A DNA stretch of 63,911 nucleotides, filler included, from Octopus bimaculoides (Eukaryota), in the NCBI RefSeq assembly GCF_001194135.2. It is 5 parts of 5 records of this genome, joined end to end, with 100 filler letters (N's around TTAATTAATTAA, not from the genome) between each part and the next. Parts side by side here need not be neighbours in the genome. Positions count along the whole stretch, not along the records: positions 1 to 27,428 come from NC_069008.1; 4 more parts are not named here. One strand, 5' to 3'. This document shows, piece by piece, positions 1 through 10,962 of the stretch. The notes under the pieces are model-generated. The model was not told the DNA's origin. It saw only the letters and a list, made by a program, of their open reading frames with translations, and searched no databases. How positions within the stretch are numbered: the first letter of the stretch is position 1; every line of letters begins with the position of its first letter. Made by a program: the position numbers and the translations under genes.

Positions 1-142
1 AATGCAGCAACAAAATAATTGGAGTTCATATAAAAGATGATCAGGAGGTGAGACTTGCTGAAGGCGAGATACAGGACTGTATCAACGTATGGCATGATCA
101 TGCTTACGCACATGTGTGTGTATACATATGTATATGTTTGTA

Positions 143-174
<32 letters not shown>

Positions 175-367
175 CACAACAGAAGGAATGGCCATTACAG
201 TTGATGAGAATTGTTCTTTTGTGTTCCAGAGATTAAGGTTTGTTATATAAGCTATCTACCTATCTATCTATATCTATATATGCATATATATATATATAGA
301 TATATATACATATATACATACATATATACATATATTAATATAGTATATATGTACACATACAGATATA

Positions 368-408
<41 letters not shown>

Positions 409-671
409 CATATACGTACATGTATATATTTATATATGTATACATACATCAAAACACACTTATATACACAAATATGTGTGAATATAGAAACGTATGTGTG
501 CATGCATGCATGTGTGTATGTATGTATCTATCTATCTGTCTATCTATCCATCTATTTATCTGTGCGTGTGTGTTAGTACACACACACACACACATACACA
601 CACACATATATCTATACTATGATATATATATACATAGGCAACAAACACCTACACTCACAAATATATGTACG

Positions 672-733
<62 letters not shown>

Positions 734-1238
734 NNNNNNNNNNNNNNNNNNNNNNNNNNNNNNNNNNNNNNNNNNNNNNNNNNNNNNNNNNNNNNNNNNN
801 NNNNNNNNNNNNNNNNNNNNNNNNNNNNNNNNNNNNNNNNNNNNNNNNNNNNNNNNNNNNNNNNNNNNNNNNNNNNNNNNNNNNNNNNNNNNNNNNNNNN
901 NNNNNNNNNNNNNNNNNNNNNNNNNNNNNNNNNNNNNNNNNNNNNNNNNNNNNNNNNNNNNNNNNNNNNNNNNNNNNNNNNNNNNNNNNNNNNNNNNNNN
1001 NNNNNNNNNNNNNNNNNNNNNNNNNNNNNNNNNNNNNNNNNNNNNNNNNNNNNNNNNNNNNNNNNNNNNNNNNNNNNNNNNNNNNNNNNNNNNNNNNNNN
1101 NNNNNNNNNNNNNNNNNNNNNNNNNNNNNNNNNNNNNNNNNNNNNNNNNNNNNNNNNNNNNNNNNNNNNNNNNNNNNNNNNNNNNNNNNNNNNNNNNNNN
1201 NNNNNNNNNNNNNNNNNNNNNNNNNNNNNNNNNNNNNN

Positions 1239-1518
1239 GCTGAGGACTGGTGAAACTGGATGGCAACACCAGGCTCCAATCTAAATTTGGCAGAGTTTCT
1301 ACAGCTGGATGCCCTTCCTAACGCCAACCACTCCGAGAGTGTAGTGGGTGCTTTTACGTGTCACCCGCACGAAGGCCAGTCAAGCGGTACTGGCAACGGC
1401 CAAGCTCGAAATGGTGTCTTTTATGTGCCACCCGCACAAATCAGTCCAGGGGCACTGGCAACGATCTCGCTCGAAAATCCTACGAAGGCCAGTCAGGCAG
1501 TACTGGCAACGGCCACGC
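1239..1518 (-). mobile_element. 5'-truncated SINE-like retroposon (family with GAT-repeat tail), truncated at a gap
   Basis: Reverse complement of 1632-1858; both copies translate to ...AEFLQLDALPNANHSESVVGAF in the ORF track. Confidence 0.75.
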
Positions 1519-1631
1519 ATTGTCTCCATTGAAATAGTTACCTTGTACAAGAATACAAGAACACAAGAATACAAGAATACAAGAATGCATGAAAGTGTTC
1601 TTATCACTTTTGGAATCCAGCCTGGAAGTTG

Positions 1632-1918
1632 TTTTCCGTAGCGAGAGCGTTGCCAATGCCCCTGGACTGGCTCCTGTGCAGGTGGCACGTAAAATACACC
1701 ATTTCAAGCATGGCCATCACCAGTACCGCCGGTGGCATGTAAAAAGCACCCACTACACTCTCGGAGTGGTTGGCGTTGGGAAGGGCATCCAGCTGTAGAA
1801 ACTCTGCCAAATCAGATTGGAGCCTGGTGTTGCCATCCGGTTTCACCAGTCCTCAGTCAAATCGTCCAACCCATGCTAGCATGGCAAAACGGACGTTAAA
1901 CGACGATGATGATGATAA
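1632..1918 (+). mobile_element. SINE-like retroposon 3' part ending in a (GAT)n tail
   Basis: ...cagtcctcagtcaaatcgtccaacccatgctagcatgg...gttaaacgacgatgatgatgat; near-identical to the inverted copy at 1239. Confidence 0.75.
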
Positions 1919-1920
1919 TG

Positions 1921-2356
1921 AAGCGAGTCAAGGACCTTCTGCAGTTTGCTCTGGATTTCAACAATGGTGTTAAAACGGCAACCTTTGAGCTGCATTTTCA
2001 TCTTGGGGAAGAGATGGAAATCCGCAGGTGCTGAATCTGGTGAATAGGGTGGGTGTGGAAGTAATACCATGTTGGTTTTGGCGAGAAACTCCTGAGTGAG
2101 GAGAACTCGGCAGCAGAGTTAATTGTCATCGTGAAGAATCCAGTTTTTCACCCTTTGAAGATCCGGTTGCTTTCGCCGAATGTCCTCCCTCAAATTCTTC
2201 AAAACCTTGCAGTAGAACTCTCGATCGATGGTCTGGCCCTGGGGACACATTCTTGATGCACAATGCCACATTTCTGGGAGTGGGGGGGGGGTTCATGGTA
2301 GGTCTTCCAAATTGCTCGTCATCTTCCAGAGACGTTCTTCCACTTTTGAAGCATGG
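1921..2356 (-). mobile_element. Mariner transposase relic, internally deleted and frameshifted
   Basis: CFKSGRTSLEDDEQFGRP (HTH end), GQTIDREFYCKVLKNLRE, WILHDDN and HPPYSPDSAPADFHLFPKMK (YSPDLAPxD motif). Confidence 0.9.
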
Positions 2357-2403
2357 TAAATGATGATGATGATGATGATGTATATATGTTTGTATATATG
2401 TAA

Positions 2404-2638
2404 GGCAGCGAGCTGGCAGAAACGTTAGCACGCCGGACGAAATGCTTAGCGGTATTTCGTCTGCCGTTACGTTCTGAGTTCAAATTCCGCCGAGGTCTAC
2501 TTTGCCTTTCATCCTTTCGGGGTCGATAAATTAAGTACCAGTTATGCACTGGGGTCGATGTAATCGACTTAATCCGTTTGCCTGTCCTTGTTTGTCCCCT
2601 CTATGTTTAGCCCCTTGTGGGCAATAAAGAAATAAGTA
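2404..2638 (+). mobile_element. tRNA-derived SINE, family B (possibly octopus OK-type)
   Basis: Head ggcagcgagctggcagaa...gagttcaaattcc (B-box-like) and A-rich end; related degenerate copies near 23440, 29850-30350, 31280 and 49335. Confidence 0.7.
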
Positions 2639-2739
2639 TATATGTTTGTATATATGGATGTATGTACGTAAATGTGAGTGTGTGTGTGTGTGTGTATTTA
2701 ACGACATAGAGACAGGTGAACAATGATGTTTGGTCTTAC

Positions 2740-2872
2740 CTGAAATATCGATAGGTGAACAGCATGATGACAAGAGATGTTATGGCTATCCATATGATAA
2801 TCCATCGGGCTAATTCCACACTGTCCAGTTCCTGCGATGAGTAGCTGTGTCCACTCCGTATCGGTGGGGGCT
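2740..2872 (-). CDS. Internal coding exon with one TM helix, (E)PPPIRSGHSYSSQELDSVELARWIIIWIAITSLVIMLFTYRYF(R/S); TM1-like exon of a family-2 (secretin/adhesion-like) GPCR
   Basis: Acceptor ...ctctctctttctgtatcatacag|, donor TTCAG|GTAAGA. 133 nt, phase 1 to phase 2, open frame with an 18-residue hydrophobic run. Aligns to the class B TM1 end (SLxxLxxxLxIFxYFR) and to the phase-2 intron after FR known in that family. Family call is by eye. Confidence 0.6.
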
Positions 2873-3044
2873 CTGTATGATACAGAAAGAGAGAGAAGGA
2901 GATTAGGGACACAGATTAGGTAGATAAGAAAGATATATCACATAGAAGTGTTTGGGATGGGGAAAGGAGGGGTTGTTATTGGTCTGTTGAGAAAGAAAGG
3001 ACAAAGGATGATGGCTTAGAATATTTATAAGGGATTATCTTCGA

Positions 3045-3250
3045 TCTTTTACTTGTTTCAGTCATTAGACTGTGGCCACACTGGGGCACCATCTTGAGGA
3101 AATTTAGTTAAATTAATCAATCTCGATATTTATTTCCCCCTTTTCAAGTCTGGTACTTATTCTATTGGTCCCTTTGCTGAACCACTAAGGTACGGGGGAT
3201 GCAAACACACCAACACCAGTTGTGAAGTGGCAGTGAGGGACAAACACAAG
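3045..3250 (-). mobile_element. SINE family A, 3' half
   Basis: Shares ttttacttgtttcagtcatt.gactg.ggcca and aacacacc...gggacaaacaca with the other family A copies. Confidence 0.7.
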
Positions 3251-3614
3251 CTCAAAGACAGCATTACGTTGCTATAAATTTTGATGCAAACTTTTCCTAC
3301 TGGATCAAATCTCAATTTTTTTTTTTATGCCAAAATATTGCAAGGGATCAAATCCCCTTCAAATGTTTACAATTTTAAGAATATTGCTTCTCTTGCTTGC
3401 ATTTTTCCATGTATATCACTATTTCCCACTCATTTATCTCCCCTGTACCTTTCTTCCTTTTACTCGCTCCCCCCTCTCTCACATTTCTTGGCCCTCTCTT
3501 TCTTTAACTCCCACTATTTCCCACTCATTTATCTCCCCTGTACCTTTCTCGTTGTCTCTGATTTTTTTTCTAATCCTTCAATCGCGCTGCCCCCTACCCA
3601 TCTCTCCTCTTTCC

Positions 3615-3785
3615 ACATAACCGGTGTGCGGCCAGCCATGATCTTTCTTTCTTGGCCTGACTACCGACCTCCAACACATCTTGTGTCCATCTCCTATGTT
3701 CCTGCCTTTAGGCTTTCACTTTATACATGCCAGCTCAATCTAAATCGTTCTCAGTCGAAAGACGCCCGTTGTTATTTCTTGCTGT
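3615..3785 (-). repeat. Unclassified interspersed repeat, related to 22455-22655
   Basis: Shared gtctttcgact.ag.acga...ag.tggcat.tat...aagcct.a.agcagg segment in opposite orientation. Confidence 0.5.
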
Positions 3786-4328
3786 TTTGTATTCATAATT
3801 GTGTACCATGTTCTCTTTTTTTTTTTTTTTTTTNNNNNNNNNNNNNNNNNNNNNNNNNNNNNNNNNNNNNNNNNNNNNNNNNNNNNNNNNNNNNNNNNNN
3901 NNNNNNNNNNNNNNNNNNNNNNNNNNNNNNNNNNNNNNNNNNNNNNNNNNNNNNNNNNNNNNNNNNNNNNNNNNNNNNNNNNNNNNNNNNNNNNNNNNNN
4001 NNNNNNNNNNNNNNNNNNNNNNNNNNNNNNNNNNNNNNNNNNNNNNNNNNNNNNNNNNNNNNNNNNNNNNNNNNNNNNNNNNNNNNNNNNNNNNNNNNNN
4101 NNNNNNNNNNNNNNNNNNNNNNNNNAATCTCAGTAATATTTTGAAAACTTCATTTGTTCTATTCTGCAGCTGTTTTTTAGGACTCACATGAAAACATTAT
4201 CAATTATGTAATAATTGCAAAAATTAATTGTAGTGATTAAATCAATATGGTTGAACAATGTGATGTGGACACCATTTCATGAGAAACAATTTTGAAATAA
4301 GAAAATCAAATCACCATTGCTGGAAATA

Positions 4329-4663
4329 TTCGGTCATGCCATAAATAATGCAGTTTTTTCAATTGCATGAACTAAAAGTCGGAGGAGGATGGGATAAATT
4401 ACTAGCATCAGCTTGCTAGAAAAGCAGGTAGTAATTTTACCTTGTACTTATTCCTAGTGCCAGTTTTGAAGAGTGCAGTTCGACTTTAACGGTTATTTTT
4501 TCAAAGCTATTATGAAAGTGACAAAGGAGCATATTTGGCATATTTTGCTTTATGGCAACAACACAATTGAAAGTGTGAGGAATATTAATGCAGTATATGG
4601 GGATCGGACAATAAATGTAAGCCAGTGTCAATGGTGGTTCCAGAAATTCTGTGATGGAAACTA
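4329..4663 (+). mobile_element. Mariner 5' fragment (left TIR plus N-terminal HTH)
   Basis: TA then ttcggtcatgccataaataatgc (degenerate TIR); MKVTKEHIWHILLY...INAVYGDRTINVSQCQWWFQKF; homologous to 46811-47719. Confidence 0.85.
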
Positions 4664-4729
4664 GATAGATAGATAGATAGATAGACAGATAGACAGACAG
4701 ACAGACAGATAGACAGACAGATAGACAGT

Positions 4730-4765
<36 letters not shown>

Positions 4766-4870
4766 TAGACAGACAGGCAGATAGATAGATTGATAGATGG
4801 ATAGATAGATAGATAGATAGAGGGATAGGTAGATAGGTAGATAGATAGATAGACAAGCAGACAAACAGAC
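4662..4870. repeat. (GATA)n/(GACA)n compound microsatellite
   Basis: Seen directly. Confidence 0.95.
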
Positions 4871-5267
4871 AGGTGAATGGATATATACACTACTGGAAAC
4901 TTAAATAATCACTACCACTGCATGCTACAACCCCCACTCACCAAGACCACCAACCACCAATACCAGCACCGCTACAACAACAGCAGATTCTACCGCACCA
5001 CCACCCTCACACATACCACATATATGTTCACCATCACAACTACCATGAAACCATGAAACCACCACCACCACCACCACCACCACCACACATAGCACTTCTG
5101 CCACCACTACCACCACAACCACCTCAGAAACACATACCACACCAACGACGACCACCACTACAAGTACAGCCACCATACACACCAATACCTCCACCATCAC
5201 TACCACCACCACCACCACCACCAACCTAATGATGTATACCACTCCAACCATGACCACGTCTACTCAC

Positions 5268-5466
5268 CTGTGACGTTGTGCATGGCATCAGTTGCCTGTC
5301 CATGGAATGATGAATATGTGAGATGACAGCCCCATCACTGAATGTTGATATGACGCCCTAGAGAGACACAGCAAACCTCCAAGGGACCATCTTCAGATAC
5401 AGCTGCAGCCTGTAGGTTGTCCAGTAGGCGGGGACAGTCATCAAAGTGATCCCTTGTTACTCTACC
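5268..5466 (-). CDS. Candidate exon upstream of the TM exon: GRVTRDHFDDCPRLLDNLQAAAVSEDGPLEVCCVSLGRHINIQ*WGCHLTYSSFHGQATDAMHNVT; one in-frame TGA (5335-5337); gccATG at 5281-5283
   Basis: Strong acceptor (ctgttttctcttctcttgtag|), donor ACAG|GTGAGT, GC-rich unique sequence. 199 nt, phase 0 to phase 1, matching the phase-1 start of the 2740-2872 exon. The other two frames have more stops. Confidence 0.45.
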
Positions 5467-5496
5467 CTACAAGAGAAGAGAAAACAGATAAGAGAA

Positions 5497-5529
<33 letters not shown>

Positions 5530-5560
5530 TAAGGAGTAGGTGGATAGATGGACAAACAAA

Positions 5561-5712
5561 GGGTGTGGTAAGAATTTTGCAGCCCAAGCACAAAGATCCT
5601 GGTTCAGTTCCACTGTGTGGCACTTTGGGAAGTGTCATTTACTGTAGTCCTTGACCACCAAAAGCCTTAAAAGTGGATTACGTAGATGAAGACTGAAAGA
5701 AGCCCATCATAT
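5561..5712 (+). mobile_element. SINE family A head and core, degenerate
   Basis: gtgtggtaagaa...ggttcagttccactgtgtggcactttgggaagtgtc...actgaaagaagccc. Confidence 0.7.
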
Positions 5713-6719
5713 ATATATAGTTGGAATTTAGAAAAAACACAAAAGATGAAGACAGGTGTGTAAACAACAAACAGATGTATAAGTTTAACGCTCGGGAAGT
5801 GAGAAAGTCTTTTACGTTTCGAGTCTACGCTCTTCAACGGAAAGGAACACAGAAATAAGGAGAGACAGAACATTAAAAGAAGGTTTAGTGGCTAGCGATC
5901 TATCATGGTGAATGCCGGACATATGTGCATCTCTGATCACAAGCAGGAGTAGTCGGGGAGCATTGTAGCCATTTGTTGAGAGGAATTCTTTGGGGTTTGG
6001 ATAATTCAACTCTGGAAAAATGGGAGTTTCATTCAACATCCTTAAACAAACTTTATTCAGGGACATTTTGAGTGGGATGGGCTACTCGACCCAAAGAAAA
6101 TTCTAACTGGGCCCCACCTGCGAGGTCATGCGCTATTTATCTTGATATGAGATCACCATGTCGCACACATATGGTTGTGATGCATGTGCCTGGTGTACCC
6201 TTATCAGACGGGTAGTCATAATGGGTATACTGGGCTTCGTATACTTTACCCCAGTGTCATTTTGATGGCATGCCCTGCTCTCTCACTCAATAATAATAAT
6301 AATAATAATGATAATAATAATGTAACTAGTGGGACCTGTGAATACTTCACAGAATTAACAGTAAACACATTGGGTTATTTCTGAAAACTTTATGTAAATA
6401 TCCAGAAAGTGTAGCCTGTGTTGTGTCTGTATCAGAAGATAGTTGCTCATCAGCTAATCATTGAAAAGTGGAGGAAATTGGAATACGATGATTACTTACT
6501 TATATACATTTTATATATTCTATGTGCAATTTTATAGACTTCATACACAACCCTTTCCCTCTTTCTCTCTCACTCTTCGCCTTACCCTTTTTTTCTGTCT
6601 CCTTCTCTTCAACTAATATTGTGAAAGCTTTACAAATTGGTTAAGTAATGGAGGGGAAAAACACTTAGATCAAAAAACAAAAATTACGCATTTCACTCAC
6701 CGCCACCTTTTCGCAGAGT

Positions 6720-6920
6720 TGTCAGAGCGATTCAGTGTGACACAGAGCGTGACAAGGCTGGCCCTTTGAATGACCGGTGCAACATATTTTTGCCAGTAGA
6801 GTGGACTGGAGTAATACGAAAATAAAGTGTCTTGCTCAAGGACATAATGCATCGCTGGGAATTGAACTCACGACTTTATGATCATGAGCTCAATACCCTG
6901 ATTACTTAGCCACACGCATT
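6720..6920 (-). mobile_element. tRNA-derived SINE, family D (CORE/Meta-like central domain); further copies near 11250-11385 (-) and 30580-30750 (+)
   Basis: Minus strand: gagttcaattccc (B-box), then gtccttgagcaagacacttt...ctccagtccactc...aaagggccagccttgtcac. Confidence 0.65.
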
Positions 6921-7540
6921 CACACATATGATAGTACTCAATACGTACACAGAGTGGAGTAATATATATTGAAATAAAAGCTTCCTAACTAATTACATTC
7001 ATTATTAATTTCACTCTATCTAATTAATTAACTAGCGGGCTNNNNNNNNNNNNNNNNNNNNNNNNNNNNNNNNNNNNNNNNNNNNNNNNNNNNNNNNNNN
7101 NNNNNNNNNNNNNNNNNNNNNNNNNNNNNNNNNNNNNNNNNNNNNNNNNNNNNNNNNNNNNNNNNNNNNNNNNNNNNNNNNNNNNNNNNNNNNNNNNNNN
7201 NNNNNNNNNNNNNNNNNNNNNNNNNNNNNNNNNNNNNNNNNNNNNNNNNNNNNNNNNNNNNNNNNNNNNNNNNNNNNNNNNNNNNNNNNNNNNNNNNNNN
7301 NNNNNNNNNNNNNNNNNNNNNNNNNNNNNNNNNNNNNNNNNNNNNNNNNNNNNNNNNNNNNNNNNNNNNNNNNNNNNNNNNNNNNNNNNNNNNNNNNNNN
7401 NNNNNNNNNNNNNNNNNNNNNNNNNNNNNNNNNNNNNNNNNNNNNNNNNNNNNNNNNNNNNNNNNNNNNNNNNNNNNNNNNNNNNNNNNNNNNNNNNNNN
7501 NNNNNNNNNNNNNNNNNNNNNNNNNNNNNNNNNNNNNNNN

Positions 7541-7602
<62 letters not shown>

Positions 7603-7784
7603 CTCTTTTACTCAGTTCCTCCTCTCAGTTCAATTGTTCCCCACCGTTCATGTCAGCCAAAATTACGCAACCATTAGAGTTTGGGTCCTCAACCACGAAG
7701 CCACACACCAGTACCAGGCCATAGATCATTTGATACAATGGAGTTGCGCACAAACTAATCCAGTCTGGTTTTTACATTTCATGT

Positions 7785-8005
7785 CCTTTACATCTCTTGT
7801 TGTGGCTGTGTAGTCCTCTGGCAGGTAACGCAGATGTAGCAAGGACTTTGCCTGGTTGCCTGGTTGTAATGCTGGTTGTAATGCCTGGTTGTAATGTTGG
7901 ACAGGAGGACTTTGCCTGGTTGCCTGGTTGTAGTGTCATCTGCCTCTTTTTCACAGCAGCACTGAAGTGTCTTCTCCAGTTTCATCTCCAGTTTTGTGCA
8001 GGCCT
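7785..8005 (-). mobile_element. RTE-clade LINE 3' end with C-terminal zinc-finger relic
   Basis: YICVTCQR and RGLHSHNKRC (frameshifted) match the RTE CxxCxRxCxSRIGLxSHxRxC motif; short tandem caaccaggc duplications. Confidence 0.6.
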
Positions 8006-8029
8006 GGGCTAGATGTAAAGAAAATCCTG

Positions 8030-8325
8030 GGTTAGCCCAATCGCCAGGATTCCTCTCTCGACTTTGCTGACGTAGTCCAAAGGAGTGCAGAGCATTACAT
8101 TTGGCACCAGCTTGGTTGCAGGAGCTGCCGGAAGTGTGTCGAGTCGAACACTAAACCGCCTACGGGGCTCCACTCCGGATTTCTTTGAAGGTTGTCTCCT
8201 TTCCGTAACCCTAGATAGGGGCCCATACCGGATACTGTTAACCGGAGCCAGCTGAGCCCGGGACCCATGTCAGGCAGGGTTGTCACTCCCTGAAGTAGTG
8301 AAGAAAATCACTACCCACTACCTAA
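8030..8325 (+). mobile_element. Probable RTE-type LINE 5' region fragment
   Basis: GC-rich; gtagtccaaagga...tggcaccagcttggttgcaggagctgccgga...ccactccggatt resembles RTE 5' UTRs as I recall them; not verified. Confidence 0.35.
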
Positions 8326-9244
8326 ACTCATTTTCATATATATATATATATATATATATANNNNNNNNNNNNNNNNNNNNNNNNNNNNNNNNNNNNNNNN
8401 NNNNNNNNNNNNNNNNNNNNNNNNNNNNNNNNNNNNNNNNNNNNNNNNNNNNNNNNNNNNNNNNNNNNNNNNNNNNNNNNNNNNNNNNNNNNNNNNNNNN
8501 NNNNNNNNNNNNNNNNNNNNNNNNNNNNNNNNNNNNNNNNNNNNNNNNNNNNNNNNNNNNNNNNNNNNNNNNNNNNNNNNNNNNNNNNNNNNNNNNNNNN
8601 NNNNNNNNNNNNNNNNNNNNNNNNNNNNNNNNNNNNNNNNNNNNNNNNNNNNNNNNNNNNNNNNNNNNNNNNNNNNNNNNNNNNNNNNNNNNNNNNNNNN
8701 NNNNNNNNNNNNNNNNNNNNNNNNNNNNNNNNNNNNNNNNNNNNNNNNNNNNNNNNNNNNNNNNNNNNNNNNNNNNNNNNNNNNNNNNNNNNNNNNNNNN
8801 NNNNNNNNNNNNNNNNNNNNNNNNNNNNNNNNNNNNNNNNNNNNNNNNNNNNNNNNNNNNNNNNNNNNNNNNNAGTAGCTATACTGAGAAGCAATGCTTG
8901 TCACCACATCAATATGGCTGTTCCGTATGAACTGACATTACTACTGTTTATAACCCAAGGCGGATGCCTCCTCCAGCTAGTTATCATTGCAATCTGCACT
9001 AAAAATATACTGCAAGCAGGGGAGTGAACTCCCACCACCTTCCAGTGATGACGGAACCACCAGACCTTCTGGTTTTGAGCTATTTGTGTTCATCCTCAGT
9101 GGTGGACACTCGTCTACTAGATATGAATTTTTTATTACAATAATAAATATCACATACAGGTTGGACAGTACAGGACAATACACACGAAAATGTTATAATG
9201 AGTTTTAGTATGACTTATGGCTGAAAAATTTTGATGATATATAT

Positions 9245-9436
9245 TCTCTTTTACTCTTTTACTTGTTTCAGTCATTTGACTGTGGCCATGCTGGAGCACC
9301 GCCTTTTTAGTCGAGCAAATCGACCCCAGGANNNNNNNNNNAGACACTTGCCCAAGATGCCACGCAGTGGGACTGAACCCGGAGCCATGTGGTTGGTAAG
9401 CAAGCTACTTTACCACACAGCCACTCCTACGCCTAT
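9245..9436 (-). mobile_element. SINE family A (tRNA head plus CORE-like ccttgggcaag domain; OR1/OR2-like), collapsed across a small gap
   Basis: Minus strand: ggagtggctgtgtggtaa (A-box), gggttcagtcccactgcgtggca (B-box); tail gactgaaacaagtaaaagagtaaaagag. Confidence 0.85.
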
Positions 9437-9571
9437 ATTATATATATATAATATATTTTACTTTACTTTTTGTTTTGGGGATTATACCCGGTTGCCTGAA
9501 AGGCCCAGCAGCTATTCCTTTCCTTTTTCCAATGCCAGTTAAGTCGGGTTACTTACACCCACCTTTCTTAC

Positions 9572-9710
9572 CCACAGCCTTCCATCCTCTTCTCCAGCCC
9601 TATCTTGCTCTTCAGATGGTATCTGAAGTATAGTAGCAGACCAGGGCCGGAAATGAAGGATCCTGTCACGAGTCCTTGTATTCTAGTCCTCCATACACAC
9701 TCTATCATCA
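9572..9710 (-). CDS. Candidate exon: DDRVCMED*NTRTRDRILHFRPWSATILQIPSEEQDRAGEEDGRLW (TAG at 9683-9685); an alternative frame is fully open (MIECVWRTRIQGLVTGSF...RMEGC)
   Basis: Acceptor ttttctctgtaaagttgcag|, donor TGG|GTAAGA; 139 nt of GC-richer unique sequence. Frame not certain. Confidence 0.35.
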
Positions 9711-10575
9711 CTGCAACTTTACAGAGAAAACATGCCCCACCTTCCTTTGTGAATCCGGTTGGTGTTACAATGTTTATTATAGATTCAGCCGATAGCTGTA
9801 CTCAACCCAGATGTGACAACACGTGTTCAATGTAAATTAACAAGCCCCCTGTCTACTAGAGATAGCAACAGTCCACTCTAGCATGCAATATATAGAAAAA
9901 TAAGTGACAACCAGTCACTGATCTTACAACAAGTAAATTAGTTAGTTAGAATATCTCCATTGGTGACGAAAGTAGTAAATATACTGAGAAATAATGTTTA
10001 TCACCTCTTCAATATGACTGTTCCATAGGAATCGACGTTACTGTTATTTTTAACCCTATGAGGATGCCTCCTCCAGCTGGTTATATCTACACCCAATATA
10101 TATTGCTAGGAGAGGAGTGAACCCCTATTTTCTTTATTATGGTAATAAATATCTATTACAAAGAAGACAATACAGGACATTACAAATATATAAATGCGCT
10201 AAGTGAGCTTATATTTCAAAATTTGATGAATCATGTACATATAAATTTAAAATTTTCACAAACCTTTTTATCCACAAAATATGGCCGGAAAGCCAGTGGC
10301 TACACCTTGCTTTTACCATGGGTGGAATTAAGTAGGGACAGTCACTCCCATATTGCTAGCAGAGGATTGAATCCCTACCATCTTCCAACCACAAGACCAT
10401 CAAACCGTATAGTTTTGACCTCTTTGTGGTCATCCTCAGTGGTGGATATTCACCTGCTAGAGATAGTAATACTTCACTCCAGATCACAATATGCAGAAAA
10501 CTAAGCAACAACCACCAGTCACTGACCTTGCAACAAGCAAAGTAGCTTGTTAGAAAATCTCTATTAGAGATGAAA

Positions 10576-10962
10576 TGTGGAGGCACAACGGCCCAGTGGT
10601 TAGGGCAGCGGAGTCGCGGTCATATGATTGCAGTTTCGATTCCCAGACCGGGCGTTGTGAGTGTTTATTGAGCAAAAACACCTAAAAGCTCCACGAGGCT
10701 CCGGCAGGGGATGGTGGCGAACCCTGCTGTACTCTTTCACCACAACTTTCTCTCACTCTTTCTTCCTGTTTCTGTTGTGCCTGTTATTCAAAGGGTCAGC
10801 CTTGTCACACTGTGTCACGCTGAATATCCCCCGAGAACTACGTTAAGGGTACACGTGTCTGTGGAGTGCTCAGCCACTTGCACGTTAATTTCACGAGCAG
10901 CCTGTTCCGTTGATCGGATCAACTGGAACCCTCGACGTCGTAACCGACGGAGTGCCAACAAC
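10576..10962 (+). mobile_element. Full-length tRNA-derived SINE, family C, with 13-bp TSD
   Basis: A-box cggcccagtgg, B-box gtttcgattccc, (CAA) tail; TSD attagagatgaaa at 10563-10575 and 10963-10975. Confidence 0.92.

Noticed and set aside
5268-5466. Gapless resemblance of this exon to the class B hormone-receptor (HRM) domain
   Set aside because: None of the invariant Cys/Trp residues match exactly and identity is near background; likely overfitting.
5813-5840. Second hammerhead-like motif (CCGTTGA-A-GAGC-GTAG-ACTC-GAAAC, minus strand) and CTGATGA near 18920
   Set aside because: Two core positions are mutated in the first; the second has no downstream GAAA box.
10578-10650. tRNA-like sequences as tRNA genes (also family A heads and 38450-38500)
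   Set aside because: They are SINE heads or fragments without a complete cloverleaf, followed by SINE bodies.
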